A DNA stretch of 20,000 bases from an uncultured virus (IMG/VR IMGVR_UViG_3300042673_001922) (lineage: Duplodnaviria; Heunggongvirae; Uroviricota; Caudoviricetes): IMG/VR virus record IMGVR_UViG_3300042673_001922, positions 117,776 to 137,775 of that record; one strand, 5' to 3'. Numbering within the stretch: position 1 is the stretch's first letter; each line of letters starts with the position of its first letter. The translations under genes were made by a program, and so were the position numbers. Below the pieces are notes generated by a model. It was not told the origin of the DNA. It saw only the letters and a list, made by a program, of their open reading frames with translations, and searched no databases. Positions 8,010 through 16,486 of the stretch are shown here, one piece after another.

Positions 8010-9372
8010 TAGCAGACTCCAGAGTTAATTTTGGAAACTTAGAAAAATAAAAATCAACATTAGCATCAGGATCAACAATCTCAACAGAATCTTCAGTAAT
8101 AATTATAAAATTATTCTCTTTATAATTTCGAAAATCTACATAAGATATTGATTTTTCGTCATCATTTTCTATTAACTTATTAATAGATTTTAAATTTTCA
8201 GAATAAAGAAGATCGTAAATTTTAAGAACTATATCTTTTAATTTTTCATTAGCTTTAGGAGTATTAGAATCTAAAAAATTAAGATAGTCGTGATCAATAA
8301 GAGCTATGTATTTTGAATTAATATAACTTCCTGAAGAAAAATTATCAGGAAACAATATCTTAGAAAGATGATTGTAAGAGTTAAAGGTTGAAACGTTTTG
8401 AAGAACAGCATCTAAATTAAAAGCTTTAATTCCATTGTTATTTTTAAATTCAGTAACAATTGAAGTAACTTCTTCAAGGGAAAGACCACTAAAATATTTT
8501 AAGAAATTTAAAGTAAATTTTTTCTCAGATACTCTTCCAGTAGGACTAATACTAGGAGAAATTTTCTTTGACTTATCTCCATAGGTTATAGTTTTAAAAG
8601 CAGAAATAGTTAGGGTAGAATTATCTTTCTTAAAACAACGAGATACTTGATTTCGAAAAAACCCAACTCCTAAATCAGTATTCCATCCTCCAGACATATA
8701 ATCATTAATTATGAAATTATATATTGTAGATATGTCAAAGCTTTGCGTAGATGAAAGATGTTGTTGAAGAAGAATACTTGTTTCATTTAAACACATCCTT
8801 GCATCCATGTACATATTTGGATAAATGCATGGGATAAAAGAATCTTCATTTGAGTTTAAAGGGCCATCATTAAAGTAAAGATAAGCATTATAATAAGACT
8901 CTTCTGGAATAACATGTAATAACATTAAAGTCCAAGGAACCCAAATATCAAAAGTAAAATCTTTTTTAGAAGATTGATGTGACTTAGCGTTCTTAAAGTT
9001 AATTGTTGCCTTAAATGGAGGCCTCTCAATTAACCATACGTTTTTATTATCAGTATAACGAACAGCTATTGGATAGAGATCATTGAAGTCATTTAATTGA
9101 TGAGATGGAGTAAAAGTCTTTTTTATAGAATCAATAACACTATCAGTTTTTACTGTTTTAAAATCTAAAAGTAAAGGAACAAGATTGTTTTGTACTGCAG
9201 TAAAACCGCAATACCGAGGTATATCTAGATTTCGTTCAGCAAAAGATTCTTTAAGAATTTTTAAATATGCAGGTGGAAACAAAGAAAGACTTTCATAGTA
9301 TAAAGGTCTTAGGTTAAATTCAGTTTCAACCTTAGTAATACAATCATCATTAGCATAAATATAGTCAAGCAT
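8002..9372 (-). CDS. Prokaryotic E2-like protein (Prok-E2_D-like), paralog 2
   Basis: LYPIAVRY, LIERPP, FDIWVPWTLMLL, YLYFNDGPL...CIYPNMYMDARMCLN and GGWNTDL, collinear with paralog 3. Confidence 0.65.
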   Translation of the reverse strand: MLDYIYANDDCITKVETEFNLRPLYYESLSLFPPAYLKILKESFAERNLDIPRYCGFTAVQNNLVPLLLDFKTVKTDSVIDSIKKTFTPSHQLNDFNDLYPIAVRYTDNKNVWLIERPPFKATINFKNAKSHQSSKKDFTFDIWVPWTLMLLHVIPEESYYNAYLYFNDGPLNSNEDSFIPCIYPNMYMDARMCLNETSILLQQHLSSTQSFDISTIYNFIINDYMSGGWNTDLGVGFFRNQVSRCFKKDNSTLTISAFKTITYGDKSKKISPSISPTGRVSEKKFTLNFLKYFSGLSLEEVTSIVTEFKNNNGIKAFNLDAVLQNVSTFNSYNHLSKILFPDNFSSGSYINSKYIALIDHDYLNFLDSNTPKANEKLKDIVLKIYDLLYSENLKSINKLIENDDEKSISYVDFRNYKENNFIIITEDSVEIVDPDANVDFYFSKFPKLTLESANV

Positions 9373-9379
9373 AGAATCC

Positions 9380-10141
9380 TTAAGCGTTTGTTAAATAACT
9401 AAGATAAGAAACTTTAGAAGCGTTTTCTTGAGATTTTTGTTCTACAAAAGAAGAAATAACATTTTCGTTAGTTGCTGTTGTGTTAGAATGAATTTCTTCT
9501 ATAATATTTTTAAGTTCAAAATCAAAAGAATCTTTTTCTATTTTAGAATAAAAATCAGCATAGTATGATAGTTCATTAAGAATATTATTATTTAAATCTT
9601 TAATAAAAAACTTAATAGAACCCATAGAAGTTCTGTGAAAATCTACTGTGTATACTGCAGTTTGGTCTTTGACGGTAAACTTAGCATATTCGCCGGCATC
9701 TGCAACATAGGATGGACATGTTACATGTACAGAACCAGCAGAACAGTAAATACCATAAGGTGAGTCAGGGTGAGAACAAGTTGAAATGTTAACTGGATTT
9801 GCATATTTATAATGTACAGAAAGGTTTTCTGCACAACTAAAATATTTACAAGAAACACAAGAAGACTGAATTGGTTCAACTAATTGGGCTGAAACAATAT
9901 TGCCCTTTTCAATTCCTTGAATAGATAAAGATGTAATATCTACGTTAGTTATTTCGCGAATTCTAGTAATTGCTTTAGAATTAAAAACATCTACAGGATG
10001 TAAATCTGATTCAATTATGCTAACTAAGAGATCAATTAGATCAAAATCTTCAGAATTATTTTCAGTTTGAATCTGAGAAAGTAAATTACGAAAATGAGCA
10101 ACAACAACACTTTTTTTTAATGTTCCCACAATTATCTCCAA
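9380..10141 (-). CDS. Hypothetical protein with a central Cys-rich metal-binding segment
   Basis: CVSCKYFSC...TCSH...YC...TCPSY. Confidence 0.7.
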   Translation of the reverse strand: MEIIVGTLKKSVVVAHFRNLLSQIQTENNSEDFDLIDLLVSIIESDLHPVDVFNSKAITRIREITNVDITSLSIQGIEKGNIVSAQLVEPIQSSCVSCKYFSCAENLSVHYKYANPVNISTCSHPDSPYGIYCSAGSVHVTCPSYVADAGEYAKFTVKDQTAVYTVDFHRTSMGSIKFFIKDLNNNILNELSYYADFYSKIEKDSFDFELKNIIEEIHSNTTATNENVISSFVEQKSQENASKVSYLSYLTNA

Positions 10142-10794
10142 GTAGTTTGATAAACAGAATAAATTTTTTTATTTAAATCATCTATTTGTTGATTAAGTTC
10201 TTTTATTTTAAGATCTTTCAGATCAAGTTGATTTAATAAATAACTATTATCAACAAGAGAATTACTTAAATGAGAAATAGACAGAGAAATTTGAGAAAGA
10301 ATTTCTTCTGGAGAATTAGTGGTAGAAATCATTTCTAGATGGGATTCGGTAAATTCTTGAGATTTGATTACAAAAGCTTTTCCAGAACCAGCACCAATTT
10401 GAGTAATTCTACCAGATGATTTAAGAAGATTAAAAATTGATTCAGAAATAGAAGGAAGAAGATCAGAAAAGAAAGTAGAAATAAATTCTTTCTTAGAAAA
10501 AGGAAAAAAGAAATAGTCAATACCCTCTGAAGAAGGCGCATACAACTCTAAAGTAGAGATAATAGAAGAAGATGTACATAAAGCCGTTAGAGAAGTATCT
10601 TCTGATATTAAATCAGAATAATCAGATAAAGAACTCCCATCAGCAAGATATGATCTAAACCGAGAGTAATCTCCAGTGTTTATTACATGTGCTGCTAAAC
10701 AGTTAAATTCTGTAGACTTTGTATTATGTTCTGAAGAAAACCGTTGGTAGGTAATAGAATTTAAAGTTTCTAAGTTATCAATATTAGTTATCAT
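10132..10794 (-). CDS. Hypothetical protein with a C-terminal coiled coil
   Basis: 220 aa ORF; LNQLDLKDLKIKELNQQIDDLNKKI heptads. Confidence 0.7.
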   Translation of the reverse strand: MITNIDNLETLNSITYQRFSSEHNTKSTEFNCLAAHVINTGDYSRFRSYLADGSSLSDYSDLISEDTSLTALCTSSSIISTLELYAPSSEGIDYFFFPFSKKEFISTFFSDLLPSISESIFNLLKSSGRITQIGAGSGKAFVIKSQEFTESHLEMISTTNSPEEILSQISLSISHLSNSLVDNSYLLNQLDLKDLKIKELNQQIDDLNKKIYSVYQTTWR

Positions 10795-11080
10795 ATTTTT
10801 GAGCCTCTACTGAGTGAAAGGATAGTGTTTTAGATTCAATGAACTTCTTTACGGGAAGTGAAAGTACATGTAAAGAAGTCATTTGTGGATACATTGATTT
10901 AACAATAGGGTATATTTTGTTAATGCATGATATATCTTTTATAATATCAATTGAATGAGAGTCTACAAAAAGTAGACAATGACCATTGCTCTCAGAGGTC
11001 AGATGACTTTGATTCAACCACGTCATTAATGGCTGAGGCAAGTCTTTCATCCTGTTGGGCCACGAGTGTTTTAGATCCAT
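10784..11080 (-). CDS. Hypothetical protein (start uncertain)
   Basis: 98 aa ORF; the overlap of about 90 nt with the upstream gene suggests a later true start. Confidence 0.5.
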   Translation of the reverse strand: MDLKHSWPNRMKDLPQPLMTWLNQSHLTSESNGHCLLFVDSHSIDIIKDISCINKIYPIVKSMYPQMTSLHVLSLPVKKFIESKTLSFHSVEAQKYDN

Positions 11081-11384
11081 CTTGCATAACCTTTAGCATT
11101 TCTCGTCTAGCTTGGCTGACGTTATTTTGAAAAACTTTTTGCTGATCTTCAGTAGCAAAAGAAATTTGAGCTAGAAGCGCTTCCAAAAACACAGCTTGCT
11201 CACCAAATCCTACGACCAAGGTGGCAATCTGCTTTTCAAAAGATTCAAGCTTATCATCAATTTCTTTAATTCTTGAATCTGTGAGCTTAGATAAGCTGAT
11301 AATAACTTCTTCAACGTAAGACTTTAGTTCTTCAGTTGACATAGAAGAATCATTATTATTTTGATCAGACATTTTATACCTCAT
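10992..11384 (-). CDS. Coiled-coil hypothetical protein
   Basis: 130 aa helical ORF; the true start may be the second Met (MSDQ, 11372). Confidence 0.7.
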   Translation of the reverse strand: MRYKMSDQNNNDSSMSTEELKSYVEEVIISLSKLTDSRIKEIDDKLESFEKQIATLVVGFGEQAVFLEALLAQISFATEDQQKVFQNNVSQARREMLKVMQDGSKTLVAQQDERLASAINDVVESKSSDL

Positions 11385-12015
11385 ACCAGTGTTGGTTATT
11401 TGCTACATAAGAGTATAGCGCAAGATCAACAATATAGGAAATAGAAGAAATATCTTGGCGTGTTACTTTGATAGAATCAACAGAAATTGGAGACTTCATA
11501 TCAGGAATATAAGCTCCAGTATCTGAAACTCGTGCAGTAAAATGGCCAGCTTTCCATACAAAAGCATTAGAATCATAAGTATCACCAGAAGACCAGTGAT
11601 GTGCCTTGAAGATTCTAGATACAGGCTTTCCATCAATCTTTCCGCCACCATAGGAAGCATAAGCTTCTGGTGTAGGTATTCCTAATCTATCATTTGCAGG
11701 ATATATATCAGCTGCAGTTCCAAGAGTAATTGATTTAAGATAAGCAGCAAAGTCAACAGCGTCAACATAAAGCTGAGTGTGTCCTAATAACTTTCCATCA
11801 GGAGAAGTTTTACCAATATCTATTTTAAATTTCATACCAGTAAACCAAGGGCGAATAGAAAGAAATCCGCTTTGGGTTTTAGATCTAAACCACTTCTTAT
11901 AAAGATCATTTTCGTAATCTTTATCATCTTTAGAAAAGACTTTTTCAGGGGAATTAGAATCGTCATCAAGGGTAGTTAAAAACTCTTGAACAGATTCATA
12001 AACTTCATCTGACAT
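11374..12015 (-). CDS. Hypothetical globular protein
   Basis: 213 aa ORF with a strong AAAGGAG RBS and a beta-rich, aromatic-rich sequence. Confidence 0.8.
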   Translation of the reverse strand: MSDEVYESVQEFLTTLDDDSNSPEKVFSKDDKDYENDLYKKWFRSKTQSGFLSIRPWFTGMKFKIDIGKTSPDGKLLGHTQLYVDAVDFAAYLKSITLGTAADIYPANDRLGIPTPEAYASYGGGKIDGKPVSRIFKAHHWSSGDTYDSNAFVWKAGHFTARVSDTGAYIPDMKSPISVDSIKVTRQDISSISYIVDLALYSYVANNQHWYEV

Positions 12016-12030
12016 TTTTATATCTCCTTT

Positions 12031-13644
12031 TTAATTTGAAATAGGAATCTTTGCGAAGGAATTCCTGGCAATTGAACGATTTGGATTAAGTACATTTTGT
12101 GCTTCTGTGTATTGATCAGTAGAAGCCCAGTCCCACTGATCAAGAGCTGTTCTATACAATTCTTGAATCATTGGTCGAGACTTATTCCAAAGAATATTTC
12201 TCATTTTAGAAACATGAGAAAGTATATCTTGAGTATTGATTGCTCTGAGCTCAGAGGAACTAACAAAGAATTTAACTTCTGAAATAAGACTCTTAATTTC
12301 TGCACCGGTAAAGTACTGAGTTGCATTTGCTAATGCTTCAGTATTATACACATGGGGTGTATTTATTCCAGAAAGGTAAATTGAAAAGATAGATTGACGC
12401 TCTTCAAGAGAAGGAAGGCCAACAAATAAAATTTTATCAAAACGATCTGCGCGTAACATCTCTGGCTTAAGATGCTCAAGCTGATTAGCTGCACACATCA
12501 AGAAAACATTTTCAGGAAGTTCCTGAAGACCAGTAAGAAATTCTCCATGAACACGATCAGTCGTGCCACCATCTACCTGGGAAGAACTTTGTCCACCAGA
12601 TAGATCTCGACCAAATTCGTCAATCCAAACACATAATGGGGCCATAGCATTGATCTGTTTAAATACTGCGCGCATATTAGCTTCTGATTGACCGATATAA
12701 GAGTTCATGACTTGACTAATGCCGGTGCGAGCAAGATCTAGACCAAGAGCATTTGCAGTTGCCTCACAGATGGCAGATTTACCAGTGCCCGGAATACCAA
12801 CCATAAGCATGCGTCTGATTGGGGAAATTCCAAATTGCTTAGCTTGTTCAGGATTATGCCAAAGGTTAGCGTTTCTAGAAATAAGATCTTTAATAAAATC
12901 AAGACCACCAATATTATCAAAAGTAATTTGAGGTTTAATAATCTCTAGGATGCCGTTCTTCTTGACTGAGCTCATTTTCTGCTCATAAATATAATCAGCA
13001 GAAACTTCACCAGTTTCAAGAACAGAGGTCAAAGCAAGATTAATAAACTCAGTTTCAGAAAGGCCCAAAGCAGAAGAAGCAATAGCTTTGTAATCAGATG
13101 TAACAAGTTGATTATTAGAAGAAGAATTTATGTGAGCAAGTACTGTAACAAAATCTTCTATAGAAGGATACTCAGTTTCTATAGAGTTAAACAAATGAGC
13201 AAAATTTTCTGGAGCAGAAAAATGAGAAACAATAATATATTGAATAGGCATAGAAGCAAGATCATTAGACCAAAATGCTTCACGATAAGTTACATTAGCG
13301 TTATTAAAAAGACCTGCGTACATTTCTACAAAGCCATCAGGATTTGAAAAAACATCAAACATAAATGTCTTTTGAGTTTCTATTTCATATTTAGAAATAA
13401 AATCATGAGCAACAGAAAAATCAAAAGTTACTTTCTTAATAACCTGAGCTGGATCATCTGGACTAGGCATGTCGACTAGAACGGGTTTCCATGATCCGTT
13501 TTTATATTGACAAAAACCGTTGATAGGATCAATGATAAAGTAACTACGATCAGAAAAATTAACGATTGATTCTAAAGCCTTAGAGGTATCCATCGTCTTA
13601 ACCCACAAAGATGGGTAACCAAGTTTAATTTGAGAAAAAAGCAT
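12031..13644 (-). CDS. AAA+ ATPase, Ycf46-like (degenerate N-terminal AAA module plus an intact C-terminal one)
   Basis: FDNIGGLD, Walker A GIPGTGKS, pore loop NSYIGQSE, Walker B VWIDE, SRH AANQLEHLKPEMLRADRFD, FTGAEI; N-terminal YPSLWVKT as in Ycf46-type proteins. Confidence 0.9.
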   Translation of the reverse strand: MLFSQIKLGYPSLWVKTMDTSKALESIVNFSDRSYFIIDPINGFCQYKNGSWKPVLVDMPSPDDPAQVIKKVTFDFSVAHDFISKYEIETQKTFMFDVFSNPDGFVEMYAGLFNNANVTYREAFWSNDLASMPIQYIIVSHFSAPENFAHLFNSIETEYPSIEDFVTVLAHINSSSNNQLVTSDYKAIASSALGLSETEFINLALTSVLETGEVSADYIYEQKMSSVKKNGILEIIKPQITFDNIGGLDFIKDLISRNANLWHNPEQAKQFGISPIRRMLMVGIPGTGKSAICEATANALGLDLARTGISQVMNSYIGQSEANMRAVFKQINAMAPLCVWIDEFGRDLSGGQSSSQVDGGTTDRVHGEFLTGLQELPENVFLMCAANQLEHLKPEMLRADRFDKILFVGLPSLEERQSIFSIYLSGINTPHVYNTEALANATQYFTGAEIKSLISEVKFFVSSSELRAINTQDILSHVSKMRNILWNKSRPMIQELYRTALDQWDWASTDQYTEAQNVLNPNRSIARNSFAKIPISN

Positions 13645-13673
13645 AAAATCCTAAAAATAACGGGTGGCTTTAT

Positions 13674-13721
13674 AAAAAAGTGGGGGAGCGTATCCAGCTA
13701 AAAGCCAATACACTCCCCCAC
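13674..13721 (-). terminator. Intrinsic terminator-like hairpin downstream of the Ubl gene
   Basis: Minus-strand RNA GUGGGGGAGUGUAU-UGGCUUUUAGCUGG-AUACGCUCCCCCAC followed by UUUUUU; 14-bp outer stem with one G-U pair. Confidence 0.85.
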
Positions 13722-13752
13722 GAATGGGATGCTAGTGAGGGAAAAAGGTTAA

Positions 13753-14010
13753 TTAACCCTTTTCGCCTGCACGGCGGTGGAACTCTACGTTGTCATTTGC
13801 TCCAACAACATAGTCTTCATCAAGCTTATCTTTACCTTTGTAAGCTACAGCGTCTGAAGGAATTCCCCAAAGCTTGGAAAACTGTTCACGGATATCCTTT
13901 ACAGTCTTTCCTGAAACTGGAGCAGGCTGTGTGTAAACACCAAAGCGAACGTTGGCCATCTGACCAGACGAAGGCTGTGATGCTGCACCGGAATTGTTAA
14001 TTGCAGTCAT
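13753..14010 (-). CDS. Ubiquitin-like beta-grasp protein (Prok_Ub / PRTRC protein C-like)
   Basis: Beta-grasp pattern (ANVRFG...GKTVKDIREQFSKLWGIP...LDEDYVVGANDNVEF) with a free C-terminal RRAGEKG; AGGAG RBS; adjacent to E1 and JAB. Confidence 0.85.
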   Translation of the reverse strand: MTAINNSGAASQPSSGQMANVRFGVYTQPAPVSGKTVKDIREQFSKLWGIPSDAVAYKGKDKLDEDYVVGANDNVEFHRRAGEKG

Positions 14011-14023
14011 TTTATTCTCCTAA

Positions 14024-14779
14024 TTAGTTATTAACAGTAGATACTAGAGATGGACGACGATCATAAGGTTCTGCTTTGCCAATTGCAAGGTCAAAGTAAA
14101 TCTCTGCTTCGTCAGGGCTTTGTTTGGCAACAATTGTTTTCTGAACTCTTCCAAGCAAATATGCAGCAACAGCCATATTTGTAGCAAGAATTTGAGTCCC
14201 TCCTTCAATTGATGCGCGTTCCTGGCAAGATAACTCTCCTGGATTTTTATCAGGAGGATTATCATATTCAGGATGGTTATTCACTGGATGGTCAGTAACG
14301 TCATAGCCGTCACGACGTTGATAATGATAGATGCTACCAAAAAGAGCATCATCATTTCCACCAGTAAAAATATCAATATTATTTAATTGAGATGCAGCGT
14401 CAAACAAAATTTTACGAGCAGCAAAATTATCTACAACTGCAAATACAACATCATTCTCAGAGATTAAAGAAGAAGCTTTAATCTTAGGAGACTCTTCATC
14501 TGCAACACCAGCAAAGTTGTCATCAACAACCCATTTAGGAACTGGAATAAAAGTTGTATTGTCAAATTGTTGAGTTAATCTATGAGCTGTAGCAATTGCT
14601 TTATTTCCCATTTGAGTAAAAGATTGACGTTCTTTATTGCGCTCTTCATAAGTATCGCCATCAACAATTATAAGAGCAGAACCAGGATACTTATACTCTA
14701 ATAAACGAGCAAGACCGTCAGCAAGCCATGTGCCAATGCCTCCAGCTCCAACAAGAACAAACCTTTTTTGCTCAGTCAT
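14024..14779 (-). CDS. ThiF/E1-like ubiquitin-activating enzyme
   Basis: VGAGGIG, IVDGD, N-K-E-R-Q, NKA, VVDNFAAR; the only Cys (C185) lies in ELSCQER, followed by Q-I-L-A-T-N. Confidence 0.92.
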   Translation of the reverse strand: MTEQKRFVLVGAGGIGTWLADGLARLLEYKYPGSALIIVDGDTYEERNKERQSFTQMGNKAIATAHRLTQQFDNTTFIPVPKWVVDDNFAGVADEESPKIKASSLISENDVVFAVVDNFAARKILFDAASQLNNIDIFTGGNDDALFGSIYHYQRRDGYDVTDHPVNNHPEYDNPPDKNPGELSCQERASIEGGTQILATNMAVAAYLLGRVQKTIVAKQSPDEAEIYFDLAIGKAEPYDRRPSLVSTVNN

Positions 14780-16445
14780 AATAATATTCTCTTTCTGCTA
14801 TATAGTCAAATTCACTTTTTGAATTTTTGTAATGAACAAATGAAGCACAAACATCAATTGGATCATTTATTGTGAATCCTTCTTGAACAAAATCTACGAT
14901 AGCTTCTTTAAAAGAAGGGCAAGAAACATCATAATAATTTACACAATTAAAACAATCAGTTTCTATTTGATAAACAAATCTTTTTTTGTGAGCTTCATCA
15001 AACTCTTTAATGTTAGATTCTGTAACAGTTTTCTTACATGAACAAAGATGAACATCAGTAAGGTTAACACCACAGCAAAGAGTTTTTTCTTCATAAACAA
15101 AATCATCATCTGGAACAACATCGGATCCAGCTGCAAAAGGATCTAATCCTTGAGGTTTAATATTTAAAAGAAAATTAGAAACAGGATTATGTTCATCTAC
15201 ACAGTAGATATAATAACCAACATTGGGATCCAGTGCTCTACTGGAACAATAGTGATGAATCATAGTGATGATGTCATACTGTCCCATATCTTGAGTAATT
15301 ATAGGAGTGTCGCAAGTTGGACAAAATCCAGACTTAATTGCTTGAAGTTCTAAAGGAAAAGAACAAATCAAGCAATCAGCTGACATAACAGATTCAAGAT
15401 CAATCTCAATTGCAACAATAGAATCATGAGGAATAGAATCTAATTCTTTTAGAAAAATAGATTTATCAAATGATTTATGGGTAGTAGTTTCCGTACCAGC
15501 TGTCGTAGGTTGCGAGTTGGGAGGTTGTTGAGCCCACATCTTTTGGTACGACTGGGTTTGTGTAAGAGTAGCCTGAGTAGCCTGAGTAGCCGAACCCCCC
15601 ATATTGAGGGGTTGGACTTTTTTTACTTTTTGGGTCCATTCTACAACCTCAGGATCAGGTGATTTAGATACAAAAAGTGGCTCAAAAACATCTTCTGGCT
15701 TAAGGGTAAAAGCAGTTCCGCCCATTTGAAGCTCTATATGATATTGAGTTGCTCCATTGTTAACAGTCTTTTGCCAACCATAAGTAATATGAATGCCATC
15801 AAAGTCTGCTTGATCTTCATGATCTGTGCCAGATGCATATGCAGGCATATCAGGATGAGAGTGAACAGAACCAACAATCATAGCTTCATCTGGTTTAATA
15901 GCAACAATGCTATCAGCATCGTACTTGCAATGAACAGAAGTGTTTTGTTGTTCAGGAACTAGCACACCCCATCCATCAGGTCCTTCTTTAGTTGGATCAT
16001 AAGTAAGTATTACGATAGATTCAGTATGATGTTGCGCGTCAACTAAGCGGAAGAATTCATCAAGCTTATCTACAATAGTCCGAGGAATGTAAGGCATTGT
16101 ATATTGTGCAACTTCTTCAACAGATGCAAAGTTTGAACCTAAAGGATCAGAAGAATCTGATACAGAACGACCAACAAAGTTATTGACAACTTTAAGAATA
16201 GAAGGAGCATAACTTACAGAAGTAGACTGTGTTACAACTCCTTTTGAATCTTTAGTCTGAACATTTTTGTAAGTTGCTTTATCGCAAATTAAATAATAAA
16301 TTTGAAATCCAAATGATTCAATTACTTCACAAATATCATCTACGACTTCCCAGTTGTTTGCAACGAAACAAGGGGCACCGTTAGACATCCAGAAATAATT
16401 CATATCATCTAGAGTGTAGTTAACTACATTCTCTACTGTAGACAT
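14772..16445 (-). CDS. JAB/JAMM (MPN+) metallopeptidase with C-terminal Cys-rich domains
   Basis: HTESIVIL...VPEQ...VGSVHSHPDMPAYASGTDHEDQ (E...HxH-x7-S-x2-D) and GIHITYG, then a Q/T-rich linker, CLIC...CPTC and further Cys clusters. Confidence 0.9.
   Translation of the reverse strand: MSTVENVVNYTLDDMNYFWMSNGAPCFVANNWEVVDDICEVIESFGFQIYYLICDKATYKNVQTKDSKGVVTQSTSVSYAPSILKVVNNFVGRSVSDSSDPLGSNFASVEEVAQYTMPYIPRTIVDKLDEFFRLVDAQHHTESIVILTYDPTKEGPDGWGVLVPEQQNTSVHCKYDADSIVAIKPDEAMIVGSVHSHPDMPAYASGTDHEDQADFDGIHITYGWQKTVNNGATQYHIELQMGGTAFTLKPEDVFEPLFVSKSPDPEVVEWTQKVKKVQPLNMGGSATQATQATLTQTQSYQKMWAQQPPNSQPTTAGTETTTHKSFDKSIFLKELDSIPHDSIVAIEIDLESVMSADCLICSFPLELQAIKSGFCPTCDTPIITQDMGQYDIITMIHHYCSSRALDPNVGYYIYCVDEHNPVSNFLLNIKPQGLDPFAAGSDVVPDDDFVYEEKTLCCGVNLTDVHLCSCKKTVTESNIKEFDEAHKKRFVYQIETDCFNCVNYYDVSCPSFKEAIVDFVQEGFTINDPIDVCASFVHYKNSKSEFDYIAEREYYYD
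15566..15591. repeat. 9-bp tandem repeat encoding ATQ-ATQ-AT in the JAB linker
   Basis: gagtagcct gagtagcct gagtagcc. Confidence 0.8.
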
Positions 16446-16486
16446 AAAACTCCTAAAATATTAATTGGTTGTGTTTTTTATTGATA

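Noticed and set aside
12031..13644. Calling the ATPase HslU, FtsH or ARC/Mpa
   Set aside because: No HslU I-domain, no TM or protease domain, and no coiled-coil/OB N-terminus or GQYL tail; the architecture fits Ycf46-like ATPases
13680..14000. 106 aa + strand ORF
   Set aside because: Antisense shadow of the Ubl gene and hairpin, with no recognisable motif
13753..14779. ThiS/MoaD-ThiF/MoeB sulfur relay for cofactor biosynthesis
   Set aside because: No ThiG, MoaE, cysteine synthase, desulfurase or rhodanese in the window; the Ubl ends in KG rather than GG; E2-like and JAB neighbours point to conjugation
14772..14790. HbYX proteasome-docking motif at the JAB C-terminus (YYD)
   Set aside because: A three-residue match is likely by chance; no proteasome alpha subunit is present and the ATPase has no such tail
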